Origin: Ktedonobacterales bacterium
Lineage (GTDB): Bacteria; Chloroflexota; Ktedonobacteria; Ktedonobacterales; JADMIN01
DNA: 32,000 bases
NCBI GenBank assembly: GCA_030167145.1
Contig: CP126532.1
Coordinates: 570,001 to 602,000 of the forward strand
Direction: 5' to 3'
This document shows, one piece after another, positions 1-8,813 of this stretch. The notes under the pieces are model-generated. The model searched no databases and was not told where the DNA came from. It saw nothing but the letters and a program-made list of their open reading frames with translations. The stretch's first letter is position 1, and the number at the start of each line of letters is the position of its first letter. Position numbers and translations under genes: made by a program.

Positions 1-80
1 GCGCATGCGCTGCCGTGCCAGCGTCGCCATAGGAGCGCCAAGTGATAGTACGCGGCGCGTTACAGTGCAAACGGCAGCGA

Positions 81-818
81 TTACGAAAAGCGTAACTCGG
101 CGGCGAGCAAATCGGCAGGTGTCGTCACTTTGATGTTGGCCGCGCTGCCCGCCACCACGGCTACGGCATGGCCCGCGCGCTCGAACGAGGCTGCGGTATC
201 TGTGCCCTCGAAGCCCGCGTGGCGCGCCTGATCGTAGACGGCGAGCAGCATGCGCGCATCGAAGGCCTGGGGTGTCTGCGCGCGCCACAGGTCCGCTGGC
301 TCTATCACCTGCTGGATCATCCCATCCTCGGCGACACGCGCAAGAGATTCACGCGCGCCCACTGGCGAGGCAAGCAGCGCGCTCCCATGCGTGCGGGCCG
401 CCTCCACCACCGCATCTATCGCCGCTGGCGCGATGAGGGGCCGCGCGCCATCGTGAATCAGGATGACGTCCAGTTCGCCGGCATTGATGCGCTCGCGTAG
501 ATGCGTCAACACGTTGTCTTCGGACTGATGCCGTGTCTCCCCTCCCGCAATGATCGCCGTCACACGTGGAAACTTATACCTTTCTACGATCTCGTCGCGA
601 ATGTAGTCCATCTCAAGTGGATGCGCAACCAACACGATGTCATCCACGACGCGGGCCTGTGTGAACGCGGCGATGGTATGGACGAGCAGCGGCTTGCCTG
701 CCAGCGGCAGAAAAACCTTGTTGCGTCCCGCGCCCATACGTGTGCCTTGTCCGGCGCAGAGAATGGCGGCAATGGTCCCGCGCTGCGGGTGCGGCGCTGC
801 CGCTGAGTTGTGCGCCAT
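81..818 (-). CDS. ispD: 2-C-methyl-D-erythritol 4-phosphate cytidylyltransferase (IspD)
   Basis: ORF 81..845(-). The N-terminal nucleotide-binding motif AILCAGQGTRMG..NKVFLPLAGKPLL and the length are typical of IspD. Start placed at the ATG (M10, 818), 6 nt after a GGAGAGG Shine-Dalgarno (SD) sequence. The TTG at 845 is an alternative. Confidence 0.9.
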   Translation of the reverse strand: MAHNSAAAPHPQRGTIAAILCAGQGTRMGAGRNKVFLPLAGKPLLVHTIAAFTQARVVDDIVLVAHPLEMDYIRDEIVERYKFPRVTAIIAGGETRHQSEDNVLTHLRERINAGELDVILIHDGARPLIAPAAIDAVVEAARTHGSALLASPVGARESLARVAEDGMIQQVIEPADLWRAQTPQAFDARMLLAVYDQARHAGFEGTDTAASFERAGHAVAVVAGSAANIKVTTPADLLAAELRFS

Positions 819-1435
819 GAACATCCTCTCCCTGGCCGCAGCCAAGATTGCCGCCCGCTCTACGCGCAGCGAATATTCTCCACCGCTTTATAGCGCGACC
901 CTGCCATCCATGTCCAGCGCGCAAACATGTTAGCCAGCTAACGCATGAGTCCGGCTATAGGACTGATCTGTAAGACACTAGTACTACCTCATCAGGGCGC
1001 CTCATGCATTTATGTCGCCGGATGCGGTACATTCCCCCTCGTGCCTGCGAGAGGGGTGGTGACGCTCACTGCTTTCCCAATCGGTGGAAGGCAGGCGAGA
1101 CGCTCGCATGTCCGCTCTGAAACGTAGGCGCCCCAGAGGACCAGAACATCTCTCGGTTTATAGGTGTTCGCGGCGCAAGGCGAATGTACTCGCAAGGGGC
1201 CGCACTCTGGCGCACGACAACGAAACACTGGAGCACGCATGGTGGCTTTATTGGAAGTCACCCCACGTCAGCGGGGCAGCGCTGGAAGCGCATGCGCCGA
1301 GGAGGGCAAACAATCGCGGTATCGCAGCCGCGGTGGCCGTCGCCACAGGGGCGGAGGGCCGACAGGAGGTTTTTGGTTTTGAGTCTCGCATCACTAACCC
1401 GGTTTGTGGATTCGGCGAAGCAGTCTTCGCGCAAG

Positions 1436-2074
1436 GTGAAGACGGTCGCCATTTTGACAGGGGTGTTTGGTTTCTCGATGCTCGCAGCAAACACGGGCAG
1501 CATCCCCACCGCGCATGCAAGCTCGTTCCGCTTTTCGCGCGGCTATTCCGTGCAGTCCGGCTGGCTCTGCTACGGCTGGAGCAACGGCGCTTACCACTGC
1601 ACACAACACTGGCACCGCTCTGGCAACCGCCTCGTCTCTGACAACCCTGGTTGGGTTCCTAACGGCGGCAGCGCAACCACCTCGTACTCCCACTCGTCCA
1701 GCAGCAGCGGGCGCTCCTATTCGAGCGGCTACCATCCGCGTGGCGCGAGCACCTATCCGTGGGGCCAATGCACCTGGTATGCCTGGTCGCGCGACACGCG
1801 ACTCTATGGCATGGGAATGCCGTATCAGTGGACTGGTCGGGCAAGCGCGCGCGGCTTCCGCGTTGGTGGCACACCAGTCGCCGGAGCCACGGTGGTCTTC
1901 GCGGGCGGCGTGCAGGGCGCCGACTCGGTGGGCCATGTGGCGCATGTCGAGCGCGTCTACGGGAACGGCACGTTCCTGGTCTCTGAGATGAACTACTACG
2001 GTTTCGGCGGCGGCTTCGGTCGCGTCAGCTACCGCGTGGCCCACACTGGCTGGGGCGTCAGCTTCATCTATTAA
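1436..2074 (+). CDS. secreted CHAP-domain peptidoglycan hydrolase/amidase
   Basis: ORF 1184..2074(+). The C-terminal ~120 aa carry the CHAP catalytic pattern: Cys in YPWGQCTWYAW and His in VGHVAHVE. Start moved to the in-frame GTG at 1436, which exposes a signal-peptide-like N-terminus (VKTVAILTGVFGFSMLAANTGSIPTAHA). The exact start is uncertain. Confidence 0.8.
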   Translation: MKTVAILTGVFGFSMLAANTGSIPTAHASSFRFSRGYSVQSGWLCYGWSNGAYHCTQHWHRSGNRLVSDNPGWVPNGGSATTSYSHSSSSSGRSYSSGYHPRGASTYPWGQCTWYAWSRDTRLYGMGMPYQWTGRASARGFRVGGTPVAGATVVFAGGVQGADSVGHVAHVERVYGNGTFLVSEMNYYGFGGGFGRVSYRVAHTGWGVSFIY

Positions 2075-2305
2075 GCCGCCTGCCCGGTGGCAGCCAGTGC
2101 CTTGGGGTGGATTGGGATGATGGGTGTGGCGTAGAGGATTACCCCATAGCGCATCGTATGACTCAGTCGGAGCACATGCCGCGTTTGCGCTTCCTTCCAG
2201 TGTGCGCGAGCGGCGGTATGCCAGCCGACGATACGACAACACCAACGGCCCGTGGACGCCGTCGTGCATGCTCCACGGGCGTTGTGCATATGGTGCCGAC
2301 CCAAA

Positions 2306-3232
2306 TCAATGGCCCAGCGTCTGGAAGACAGTTCCCAGGATGAAGATAGCGGCGGTGGCGTTGTTGGCGGCATGCAGCGCCATACACGGCCAGATCGAGC
2401 CAGTGCGCCAGCGAATGACCGCCAGCACCAGGCCAATCACCAGCAGCGGCGCGAACGAGCCAACGTCGCCATGCACCAGGGCGAAGAGCAGCGCCGAGAC
2501 GATGGTCGCCAGCCAGACGTTCATACCGCGCAAGAAGCCCGCGAACATGTAGCCCCGGAAGAAGATCTCCTCACAGAATGGCGCAACGAACACCGCGCCG
2601 ATCAGCGCGGCGATCACGGTGAACGGCGCATACGTCGCTTCCTGCTCTAGCCCTGCGCCATTGGTTTGCAAGGACAGGTGGAACACGTCAATGATCACCT
2701 GGTAGATAAGCAGCACCGTGAAGACGATGACCAGTCCGAGGATCACCCAGCCGATAGCGATGAGCCAGGAGATGATCGGTGATGGGTGTATCTTTTTGAA
2801 ACCGAGCGCGCGCAAGCCATCGCGCACGGAGACACCCTGGGGACGCCGACGCACGGCGAACCAGAAAGGCGCAAGCAGGAATGCGCCTTCGGTAATGACG
2901 GTGAAGCCGAGAAAGATAACGGCGGTGAGCAGATCCACCAGAGGATTGAGGCGAGCCTTCGGCGTGGTGGCGGCACCCTGGCTGGCGCTCAATTCGATGG
3001 CGACAAAGAGCAGCCACGGCACGAGGGTGATCGCAGTGCCGATGAGGGTTTGGCGAAAGGTCCACGGCGTCACGCCGACTCGCCCATAGTGCGGATCCAG
3101 CGGTGCGGGTGCGTCGCTGTCGGGCACAGGATAATTGGTGTGGGCGGGATACACTGGATATGATACCCCCGATGGAGCGGCATCAGGTGAGGGCGGCAGT
3201 GGCGGCAGTGGCGTGGAATCGGACATACGCAC
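2306..3232 (-). CDS. CPBP family intramembrane glutamic endopeptidase (CAAX protease-like), with Pro-rich N-terminal extension
   Basis: All three CPBP motifs are present: EEIFFRG (EExxxR), LLFALVHG (FxxxH) and ALHAANN (HxxxN). There are multiple hydrophobic helices. Confidence 0.85.
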   Translation of the reverse strand: MRMSDSTPLPPLPPSPDAAPSGVSYPVYPAHTNYPVPDSDAPAPLDPHYGRVGVTPWTFRQTLIGTAITLVPWLLFVAIELSASQGAATTPKARLNPLVDLLTAVIFLGFTVITEGAFLLAPFWFAVRRRPQGVSVRDGLRALGFKKIHPSPIISWLIAIGWVILGLVIVFTVLLIYQVIIDVFHLSLQTNGAGLEQEATYAPFTVIAALIGAVFVAPFCEEIFFRGYMFAGFLRGMNVWLATIVSALLFALVHGDVGSFAPLLVIGLVLAVIRWRTGSIWPCMALHAANNATAAIFILGTVFQTLGH

Positions 3233-3448
3233 GTTTCCTTTATGGTTGCTCTCTCGGACGATGCCGCAGCAACTCTGGTGTGTTTCCGGCCACCTCGCGG
3301 TTCCAGATAGGTCGAGAGCAAGCGCAGATGCGCGCCGCGTTGTCTATGGTGGGCCGTCGCCCCTATGATACAGGATTCCGCGCGTACTTCGCATCCTTCG
3401 TCACCAAATGTTGCCGCGGGGGATGTGATACGCCGCCTTGCCTTTCGC

Positions 3449-3478
3449 TTGCGGTTGCACGGGGCTGGGGCCTATAAT
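3449..3478 (+). promoter_or_regulatory. candidate sigma70-type promoter (TTGCGG-18 nt-TATAAT) for the small ORF at 3556
   Basis: A perfect TATAAT sits at 3473-3478 in a GC-rich context, with a weak -35 TTGCGG at 3449-3454. It is followed by a stable leader hairpin: CGGTCATG 3492-3499 pairs with CATGACCG 3509-3516. Confidence 0.4.
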
Positions 3479-3555
3479 AGTCCAGTCCGAACGGTCATGG
3501 GGTTGCCACATGACCGCTGGCTGGACCGAATAGGCAGCAAGAGAGGCAATTTCCT

Positions 3556-3837
3556 TTGATTAGCAGTTTGCGGGAACATCCACGAGACAGTATAAACTGG
3601 CGGCGCTATCGCTCAGGCTGCCCGAATTACCGTGTCCGCTGGTTCCTGGAAGGCGATTACAAGGAAGGTGGGCCAATCTATCAGGTGTATTGCCTGATGA
3701 ATACGCCACCAGAGACGGTGGACGAGCAGGAGAAATGTCTGGCGAGCCGAACGGAATGCTGGCGGATCGCTGAGGCAAGGAAAGCGGGACAGGCCAACAT
3801 CCCCGTCGAGAGCATCAGACGCCGCAAGCCCGCATAA
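3556..3837 (+). CDS. hypothetical small protein (93 aa, four Cys)
   Basis: TTG start 8 nt after an AGAGAGG SD. It lies downstream of the candidate promoter and leader hairpin. No recognisable family. Cys residues at CPNY, YCLM, KCLASRTEC. Confidence 0.45.
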   Translation: MISSLREHPRDSINWRRYRSGCPNYRVRWFLEGDYKEGGPIYQVYCLMNTPPETVDEQEKCLASRTECWRIAEARKAGQANIPVESIRRRKPA

Positions 3838-3909
3838 CGATCATCGCCCCCATACCTTCAATACACTCCCTCAGCATCACTACTTCCCCAGCCACAGCAA
3901 GCAATGGCC

Positions 3910-5346
3910 TCACTTTGCTTCCGGTCCGCGCAGGCTGCCCTGGATGCGCCCGCTGGTGACGTACACGGGCTGGTGAGCGGCGAAATAGTCTTCGAGCGCC
4001 TCGCGCAGTATCACGGGAACATCATAGCTGATCTCCAGATTCCATGAGGCGTCGGCATACCCGCCATAGGTATCCAACTCCCAATCGCTGCCCGCAACAC
4101 GGTACTGGCGTTCTGGCTCAACCGGCGCATCGCCAACGAAGAGCCGCCCGTCGCGCACGCTAGCGCCGCTCAGGTGGAACAGCCCGCGTGGCTGGCCGCG
4201 CATGGCACGCGGCGAATCCTTGGCGAACTCAGCATCCAGCCCACGCACGACCATCGCCGTGAGTTGCGCGCCGGTCATGGTTGCCACGCCGGGATTAGCC
4301 GGCGAGCTACACACATCCCACAGCGTGACACGATGCAGCGGCCCGGCGGTCAGTGGCCCACTGAACGCCTGGCCCACCGCCACAACACCCACTTCGGCGC
4401 GCATGCGCTCGCGCAGCATATCCGCCATCAGGTTGCCAACGCCGCATTCGCGGTCGGCGGCGAAGTCCAGCGGCTGCGCCAGCTCACCGATGACCACCTG
4501 GAGGAAACGCTCGACCTCGCCTTCGATGACTTCCGACTCTGCCAGGATGCGTGGCGACTGCGGCACGTCGGCCACCGGCAGCACAGTCGCGCGCTCCACA
4601 CGCATGTGCTCGCCATCCCAGAGCAGGTCCACGCGGCCAAGATGCTGCGCGTACTCGCCCGCCTGAGCGATCAGCACATCGCCCACCCACTCGCCTTCGG
4701 GCAAGAGGTGATGCGAGTGCGCACCCAGGATCAGCGTGAGTTCTTGCTGCAATTCTGCGGCTATAGCGCGGTCGGCCTCATCCACATGGAATTCTGGATT
4801 GAGCGCATGCCCCAGGTGCGAGAGCAGGATCACCGCGTCCGCACCCTGCTGGCGCAGCGCCGCCGACAATTCGCGAATCAGCGGTACGACGGGCAGCACC
4901 TGTAGGCCGAACCACTTCTCGTACTGATTGCCAATGTTGGCGGTAACGCCGATGAGGCCGAGACGAACTCCGCCCACATCCAGCAGCGTGGTGGGTGTCG
5001 TGCCAGGAATCGGCGAGCCGTCCGGCAGGCGCAGATTGGCAAGCAGCAGGGGGTAGGTCGCGGCTTGAGCTTCTTCGGCGAGCACCTGGTAGCCATAGCG
5101 CAGTATCGCGGCGTTGCCGACGGCGCTCGCATCACACCCCGCGATACTGAGCAGCCGGTGCATGGCGACGCCTTTGGTCAGGTTGCTCAGCCGGTTGACG
5201 GTATCTTCGCTGTCGCCAAGGTCGAAATAGAGCACCGGCGTATCGGGATGCTCGCGTCGCACCTGCTCAACCAGCGTGGCGACACGGGCCATGCCGTCAA
5301 CGCGCGCATGCATATCATTGGTATGGAGGAAAATCATGCGCCGCAT
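3910..5346 (-). CDS. bifunctional metallophosphatase/5'-nucleotidase family protein (UshA-like), with variant active site
   Basis: Metallophosphatase motifs are present: NDMH, DLGDS, LSHLGH, GAHSHH. A C-terminal 5'-nucleotidase-type domain is also present. The GNHE motif reads GNAA (see findings). Confidence 0.85.
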   Translation of the reverse strand: MRRMIFLHTNDMHARVDGMARVATLVEQVRREHPDTPVLYFDLGDSEDTVNRLSNLTKGVAMHRLLSIAGCDASAVGNAAILRYGYQVLAEEAQAATYPLLLANLRLPDGSPIPGTTPTTLLDVGGVRLGLIGVTANIGNQYEKWFGLQVLPVVPLIRELSAALRQQGADAVILLSHLGHALNPEFHVDEADRAIAAELQQELTLILGAHSHHLLPEGEWVGDVLIAQAGEYAQHLGRVDLLWDGEHMRVERATVLPVADVPQSPRILAESEVIEGEVERFLQVVIGELAQPLDFAADRECGVGNLMADMLRERMRAEVGVVAVGQAFSGPLTAGPLHRVTLWDVCSSPANPGVATMTGAQLTAMVVRGLDAEFAKDSPRAMRGQPRGLFHLSGASVRDGRLFVGDAPVEPERQYRVAGSDWELDTYGGYADASWNLEISYDVPVILREALEDYFAAHQPVYVTSGRIQGSLRGPEAK

Positions 5347-5568
5347 GCCAACATCCTTTCACGAACAGCACAATGTCTGATCCAAGCGCCCCAGCATACC
5401 ATGCGGTCCGTGTGTATGACAAGCGAGTGAAGGCAGTTCATGCTTGTCGGACGGCGCCAGGTGACCGTGTTGGTTGCGGTATACTTACAGAGTGATGGTA
5501 AATCTGTCCTCTTTTCATACGCATCATCGAACAAAGGACGCTTCTGCGAAAGCGAGGGTATAGAGCCA

Positions 5569-5973
5569 ATGTCAATGGATCGTCAAGAAGCAATCGAATT
5601 TCTCGTGGACCATTATCAGAATCCGCGCAATCGCGGCCCGCTGGACCCCGCCGACATCCATCTTTCGGGCGGAAATCCCGGCTGCGCTGACCATGTGGAG
5701 ATGTATGCGCGTGTGGACTCTGCTGGTCGTGTCACCGAGGTCAGCTTCGAGGGCGAGGGCTGTACCATCAGCATGGCCGCCGCCTCGTATGTCACCGAAC
5801 TAACCCAGGGTATGAGCCTCGAAGAAATCGAAAATCTGTCGTTCGAATCGCTGATAGACGACCTGGGCCGCGAAGTGGTGATGGCGCGGCCCACCTGCGC
5901 CACCGTCGCCCTGGGCACGCTCAAGAAGGGCGTTCACGAGTTGCATATGAAGCGGCTGGCCGAGCAAAAGTAG
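5569..5973 (+). CDS. sufU: NifU/IscU-type Fe-S cluster scaffold, SufU-like
   Basis: ORF 5440..5973(+). Conserved motifs are YQNPRNRG, GNPGCADHV, GEGCTISMAAAS and RPTCATVAL (three Cys ligands plus Asp). Start placed at ATG 5569 after a GAGGG SD. Confidence 0.8.
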   Translation: MSMDRQEAIEFLVDHYQNPRNRGPLDPADIHLSGGNPGCADHVEMYARVDSAGRVTEVSFEGEGCTISMAAASYVTELTQGMSLEEIENLSFESLIDDLGREVVMARPTCATVALGTLKKGVHELHMKRLAEQK

Positions 5974-5985
5974 TGGCAGATGTGG

Positions 5986-6639
5986 TTATTGCGCGAGCCA
6001 CTGCGTCAGCAGTGGGCGGCACTCGACCAGTGAAGCGACGACGGCGCTGGCACGCGTGAATCCGCTTAGCGCAATGCCGCGCGTTGGCACGGCGATGCAG
6101 CGCACCGCCGCGCGATATGCCGCCTCGACGCCGTGCGGTGAATCTTCGAGCATCACGGCGTGCTCCGGCGGTGTCGCCGTCAGTTCCAGCGCCTTCAAGA
6201 TCAGGTCGGGATGTGGCTTGCCGCGCGGCACGTCGTCAATACAGGTTACCGCATCGAAGTAGTGCGCGAGGCCGAAGTGTCTCAGGCTCCACGTGATATA
6301 CGGGCGCGAGCCAGAAGTAGCCACAGCCATCGGTACATCGCTGGCCTTCAGGTCGTCGAGGAGTTCGGCCAGACCAGGCATGAGACGCATCTCGCGCTCA
6401 CGCAGCGCCGTCATACGCTGATCGCGCTGGTCGCGTAGCTCGGCGGCGCTCAGTGGGATCGGCAGATCGCGCAGGAACATCGTCACCGCGTCGGCCACCG
6501 GCAGGCCAACGCTGGTGACGTAGTAATCCCACGGAAAAAGGTAGCCATGCTCAGCGAAAATCTCGCTGAGCGCCGCGTACGCAATATCCTCGCTATTGAC
6601 CATCAGGCCGTCGTGGTCGAAGATGGCCAGCTTATTCAT
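5986..6639 (-). CDS. HAD-superfamily hydrolase (beta-phosphoglucomutase/phosphatase-like)
   Basis: HAD motif I at the N-terminus (LAIFDHDGLMVNS), with downstream ATSG and GKPHPD motifs. Start at ATG 6639 (or 6645) overlaps the stop of the upstream PIG-L gene. Confidence 0.85.
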   Translation of the reverse strand: MNKLAIFDHDGLMVNSEDIAYAALSEIFAEHGYLFPWDYYVTSVGLPVADAVTMFLRDLPIPLSAAELRDQRDQRMTALREREMRLMPGLAELLDDLKASDVPMAVATSGSRPYITWSLRHFGLAHYFDAVTCIDDVPRGKPHPDLILKALELTATPPEHAVMLEDSPHGVEAAYRAAVRCIAVPTRGIALSGFTRASAVVASLVECRPLLTQWLAQ

Positions 6640-7384
6640 CGTCATCCACGAGGCGGATGTACTTGAATCCTTCGGCGTATTTCGTGTCGTGGCCATGCTT
6701 GCGCGCGACGGACGCCGTGTCTTTGGCCCATGAATCCACCTCTTCACCCGGATCCCACTTGGGGAACTGGCTCTTGTGGGCGCGCAACGCCGCTTTCTTG
6801 CGGTCGGTGTAGCCTTCGACGTTCACCCAGCGGTCCGCGCTCTGTGTGCCGCCAATGTAGATTTCTTTGACGTTATGCGTCGCCAGACCTTCGGCAGCCA
6901 GTTCCGGGAAGGCGAGCCGCGTGCTGGCAACCGGCATGATCGCGGCCAGCGTTGCCTCGCCCGCCGCACGGTGGTCGGGGTGGTTGATATACCCCTGCCC
7001 GCTCCAGCGCACGGTAGGATCCTGGCAGATGACAACATCTGGCTTGAGCGTGCGAATCACGCGGGCGATGTCGCGCCGAAGTTCCAGCGTTGGCTCGACG
7101 CGCGAATCCATATATCCCAGGAAGATGACATCATGCTTGACGCCCAGCTCGTGCGCCGCCGCCTGGGCCTCTACACGCCGCTTCGCCGCGAGTTGCTCGC
7201 TGGTGATTTCCATATCGCCCGCGTCGCCGACCTGCCCATCCGTCACCAGACAGTAGAATATGTCGCGCCCTTCGGCGGCCCACTTCGCTACGGTGGCGCC
7301 GCAGGTGAATTCGCCGTCGTCGGGATGCGCCATGACGATCAATACGCGTATTGGCGCCGTCGCCGTCTGCTCTGCTTCAGGCAT
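6632..7384 (-). CDS. PIG-L/LmbE family deacetylase
   Basis: Signature VLIVMAHPDDGEF and the later HPDH motif. AAGGAG SD 4-5 nt before ATG 7384. Confidence 0.85.
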   Translation of the reverse strand: MPEAEQTATAPIRVLIVMAHPDDGEFTCGATVAKWAAEGRDIFYCLVTDGQVGDAGDMEITSEQLAAKRRVEAQAAAHELGVKHDVIFLGYMDSRVEPTLELRRDIARVIRTLKPDVVICQDPTVRWSGQGYINHPDHRAAGEATLAAIMPVASTRLAFPELAAEGLATHNVKEIYIGGTQSADRWVNVEGYTDRKKAALRAHKSQFPKWDPGEEVDSWAKDTASVARKHGHDTKYAEGFKYIRLVDDDE

Positions 7385-7425
7385 GCTTCACTCCTTACGT
7401 GAAATACACATTCACTCACACATCA

Positions 7426-8154
7426 TCACTCGCTGACCCACACGCGCCGCCACTCGTTGAGGAGTGCCAGCGCGTCGCCGAGCAGCGCTTGATGCGCGGG
7501 CGCATTGAGCCACCGACTGACGCCAGAGGGATGCGGCAGCGGCAGCAGATGGACGCCGTTGCGCGTGAACGATCTGCCGATCACCTCGTGTAGCCTGGCT
7601 GGACCCAGGAAGGCTTCAATCGCCATCCCGCCTACAAGTAATACCGCCTGTGGGCGCACTAGCTCAAGCTCGGCCAGCAGAAACGGGCGGCATAACGCCA
7701 GTTCGGCAGGTGTAGGTTTGCGGTCCCCGGTGCCGCGCGGATTCTTACCGGGGTCGCACTTGGTCAGCGCCGACAGATAGACCTCGGAGCGCAGCGCCCC
7801 GGGTGGGAATCCTGCGCGCGTGAGCCATGCTTCCAACACGTGCCCGCCCGGCCCCGCGAATGGCTCGCCGCGTTCCACGGAGAGCCGCCCTGGCGCCTGG
7901 CCCACCAGCAAGAATCGGTTGCCGATGTGCCCGCGATACCCCGCGATGCTGGTGTTACGCGCCAGATAGCCCGCAGCCACACACCGTTCGCACGCCCGAA
8001 TCCGCGCATGCAGTTCAGCCAGCAGCCGCGTGCGCTCAGTGGCGTTTTCTTCCGGCGGCAGCGGCGTTGGCAGGGGAATCAGCTCGTTCGCGGACTCGAC
8101 TCGGCGGGTGCGAGGCGCGCGCGCAGCGGCGACGCTGCCAGTCGTGCCGGTCAT
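7426..8154 (-). CDS. uracil-DNA glycosylase superfamily protein (Fe-S, family 4/5-like)
   Basis: Motif A LLVGQAPG and motif B HPSGVS. Four Cys (CERC, TKCDP, LALCRP) are consistent with a 4Fe-4S UDG. The ATG overlaps the flavin reductase stop (ATGA). Confidence 0.85.
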   Translation of the reverse strand: MTGTTGSVAAARAPRTRRVESANELIPLPTPLPPEENATERTRLLAELHARIRACERCVAAGYLARNTSIAGYRGHIGNRFLLVGQAPGRLSVERGEPFAGPGGHVLEAWLTRAGFPPGALRSEVYLSALTKCDPGKNPRGTGDRKPTPAELALCRPFLLAELELVRPQAVLLVGGMAIEAFLGPARLHEVIGRSFTRNGVHLLPLPHPSGVSRWLNAPAHQALLGDALALLNEWRRVWVSE

Positions 8155-8723
8155 GGCAGGCTCTTCAACGGTTGCGGCTGGGGCTGCCCCTCAAGATACT
8201 GGCTACGGAAGTAGAGTAGCGGGTCGCCTTCGCGCGCTTCCAGCGCCTCGACCTGCCCCAGAAAAATCGTATGATCGCCGCCGGGATACTCCGCCACAAT
8301 TCGGCAGTCCACATAGCCTAACGTATCTTCCAGCACGGGCGCGCCGGTTGCCACCGTATGCGAGCGCGCATCGCAGAAGCGCAAATGGCGCTCATCGGTA
8401 TTGCCGGCGAAGCAGTTAGAGAGGTCTTCCTGACCGGCGTGCAAGAAGTTCACCGCGAAAAAGCCGCTTCGCCGCAGCGCCTCACGCACGAGGCTCGTCT
8501 TTTCAATGCAGATCAGCACCAGCGGGGGATCGAGTGAGACCGAACAGAAGGCATTGACCGTAATTCCTTGCCGTTGCTGGCCGTTGCACGTCGTAACAAC
8601 CGTGACCCCCGTGGCGAACCGCCCCATCACCTTGCGAAACTCGCTCGTATCAATAGTCATTGTGCTTTCGCTCTCGATGAACTCAGGATTTTTGGGCATG
8701 TGCTCGTAGGAACCAATGCTCAC
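8151..8723 (-). CDS. flavin reductase family protein (FMN-binding split barrel)
   Basis: FRKVMGRFATGVTVVTT...GITVNAFCSVSLDPPLVLICI is typical of flavin reductase-like domains. The true start may be the internal ATG at 8660 (MTIDTSEFRK). Confidence 0.85.
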   Translation of the reverse strand: MSIGSYEHMPKNPEFIESESTMTIDTSEFRKVMGRFATGVTVVTTCNGQQRQGITVNAFCSVSLDPPLVLICIEKTSLVREALRRSGFFAVNFLHAGQEDLSNCFAGNTDERHLRFCDARSHTVATGAPVLEDTLGYVDCRIVAEYPGGDHTIFLGQVEALEAREGDPLLYFRSQYLEGQPQPQPLKSLP

Positions 8724-8813
8724 TTTCCTGAAGTATATCGCTCGTGCAAAGCGCGCCGCAATGAACGTTCGTACAGGGTGACGGGCGTCGCGCAGCCATA
8801 TATAGCTGAAGAT

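Noticed and set aside
1040-1380. Possible c-di-AMP (ydaO) riboswitch upstream of the CHAP hydrolase (fragments AGCGGGG, GGGGTGGTGA, CCGACAG)
   Set aside because: The fragments are in the wrong order, and the conserved 3' element as I recall it (CCGACAGCUAACCUCG) is not present beyond 7 nt. I could not build the pseudo-symmetric fold by eye. It is kept only as a database check under the leader finding.
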